Part shown: one piece after another, positions 62,176-63,855 of the stretch
Numbering within the stretch: position 1 is the stretch's first letter
Layout of the letters: every line of letters begins with the position of its first letter
NCBI RefSeq assembly: GCF_036321535.1
Contig: NC_087444.1
Location: 46,748,146 to 46,812,000 of the forward strand
DNA length: 63,855 nt
Direction: 5' to 3'
From: Camelus dromedarius
Lineage: Eukaryota
Program-made: the position numbers and the translations under genes
Notes under the pieces: generated by a model
Databases searched by the model: none
Told to the model about the DNA's origin: nothing
Seen by the model: the letters and a program-made list of their open reading frames with translations, nothing else

Positions 62176-63855
62176 GATTTTCTCAAATTATACACTTTAT
62201 TCATGTATAATGCAAATAATTTTATTTATTACATTTCTTCTTCTTTTGTCTTCTTCCTATTTTGGATATAATTTTCAGTTTTACTTTCCTTGATCTCATC
62301 TATCTTGTCAATAATGTTTTTCAATTGTTATAAAGTTCCTTTGTACTATTGGGATGAGAACTGTAGTCTTTTTATTTTTATATTCTTTTATCACATGCAA
62401 AGTGGATTTAATTTCTTTTTCCATACAGACATCCAACTAATCTTTCCACCATCAGTTATTAAATATTTATTTCTTTCCAATGAAAGAAAAAATAGAAAAG
62501 CTTTTCTCCTGGAAATGTCTTAAAAAACTCTGAAGGGGAAAAACAAACAGAATCCACCCACCTACCTGAACCTTGGTCACTGCGCACTTAAGACATTGGG
62601 GAGCAAAGTTTGTAAGATTCCAAGACCATCAGAGCTACAATATCACCATTTAGTTGGAAATCGTTTCCATCACTCTGACAGGTAAGCAAAAGTCACATGC
62701 TCTTCTTCTGCCAAGTTAGTTTGGGTCCTTGATTTGGTCCCAGGTCAGTGTATGCATTTCCCTCATGAGATGTGGACACATGCCCAATGGAGTCAATGTC
62801 TCAGTAATTTCAGTAATTACTCAGTAATCACAGTAACTAATTTCAGTAATAACTGAAATAAGTTATTTCACCAAGAAAGACATTAGACCAGAGACAGATG
62901 CTAAGGTTCAATCTACAAAGAGCTACCCTATGAAGGCCCTTTCACAGTAGCTCGAAGGAAGATGCAGGTCTGACCAGAACAAGATGAGGACCAAATGAAG
63001 ACATCAAATAGTGCATTTCCCCAGGGGAAATTTACTAGGTATTGAGACCGAATTCCACATTTTACAATTTCCTTCTAAGAAAGAAAACAGACCATTCAAT
63101 AACAAAGCAGGAGATTCTGCTTATAAGTGATCAAAACCCTTTTTAAGAAATTGGAAAAAAAATTAAATTCTTAAGATACTCAGTTCCAATCCCCAAAGTC
63201 TCCAAATTGCTTGGTTAGAAGCTATCTAAGACAAGGAAAGCCAGTCACTTCAAAACTCACACAGCCTGACAGTCTGTAGCATCTAAAACCAAGGGCTTTA
63301 TCCTATAATGAGTCCAGCAAAGGCACATGGCCTTTAAGAAAGAGGAAAGCAAACAATAAGAACCAGGGTAAATATTATGGACATTCATGCTCTCGTTTAA
63401 CAACAGGACACAGTAGAGAGTGAGTGCACCAACTTGTACAATGAAAGAACAGTTTCTGATGATGCGCCCTGACATATGGAATTCACTCTTAAAGTAAGGA
63501 GATGACCTTGAAGAATCAAAGATTGAGGGGACAGAGAAGACTGGCACACTATTTAATTCAAGATCTCTCCATTCAAGCCTAGGCAAGCCTCAAGGGTCTA
63601 AGGTTTCTGACACATCTCTTCCCCAGCTGCTAACATACACAATGTCATAAGGAACCAGCCACTGAAGCAGATGGGTTCAGATGACAATACTTTCCTGTTA
63701 GATAAACAGCATTTTACAGATAGCCCTCACATATCAATGAGAACAAAATATCGGAGTCATTCATAGAAGCCCAGAGAGGATGGGGCGGGCGGGGGAGTGG
63801 TTAGCCCATGTACACTTAAAGAGTGAGCCCATCCTGCCAGCCTGGCTCCTAAAAC

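Larger units (their letters stand above)
1..63855 (-). other. Interior (mostly intronic) of a large minus-strand host gene, unidentified
   Basis: All nine clearly recognisable L1 fragments are on + (intronic L1s are known to be biased antisense to the host). A-runs exceed T-runs on +. The best splice-site pairs are on the minus strand. No long credible ORF. Confidence 0.55.

Noticed and set aside
1-63855. Naming the host gene (considered FOXP1, AUTS2, ZBTB20, ARID5B and others); CRISPR, rRNA, NUMT or viral inserts
   Set aside because: No visible peptide or UTR matched sequences I can recall for those genes, and no signature of arrays, rRNA, mitochondrial or viral ORFs was seen.

Overview
Mammalian genomic DNA, most likely a camelid: it carries one Vic-1-like tRNA-derived SINE and cetartiodactyl-type L1 3' ends, and I saw no CHR, Bov or PRE SINEs. 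No complete protein-coding gene is visible and I could not name the host gene. The window reads as the interior of a large gene transcribed on the minus strand: nine recognisable L1 fragments all lie on +, and A-runs outnumber T-runs on +. It is filled with old MIR/L2/hAT/Tigger/MaLR relics and several repeat-free blocks that look like conserved regulatory elements. Eleven N-runs (130-364 nt, 2,045 nt total) look more like exact-length masks than random gaps. Two of them are tightly bracketed by minus-strand splice signals, giving phase-compatible candidate exons at 15200-15425 and 6808-7059; this is the best lead to the hidden gene. Other leads are a possible TATA-driven antisense mini-transcript at 27.8-28.5 kb, L1 stubs with TSDs and extra 3' tails, and several motif-dense elements. 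Repeat family names come from remembered consensus sequences, not from a RepeatMasker run, and boundaries of old repeats are approximate. I found nothing that establishes a novel biological system.
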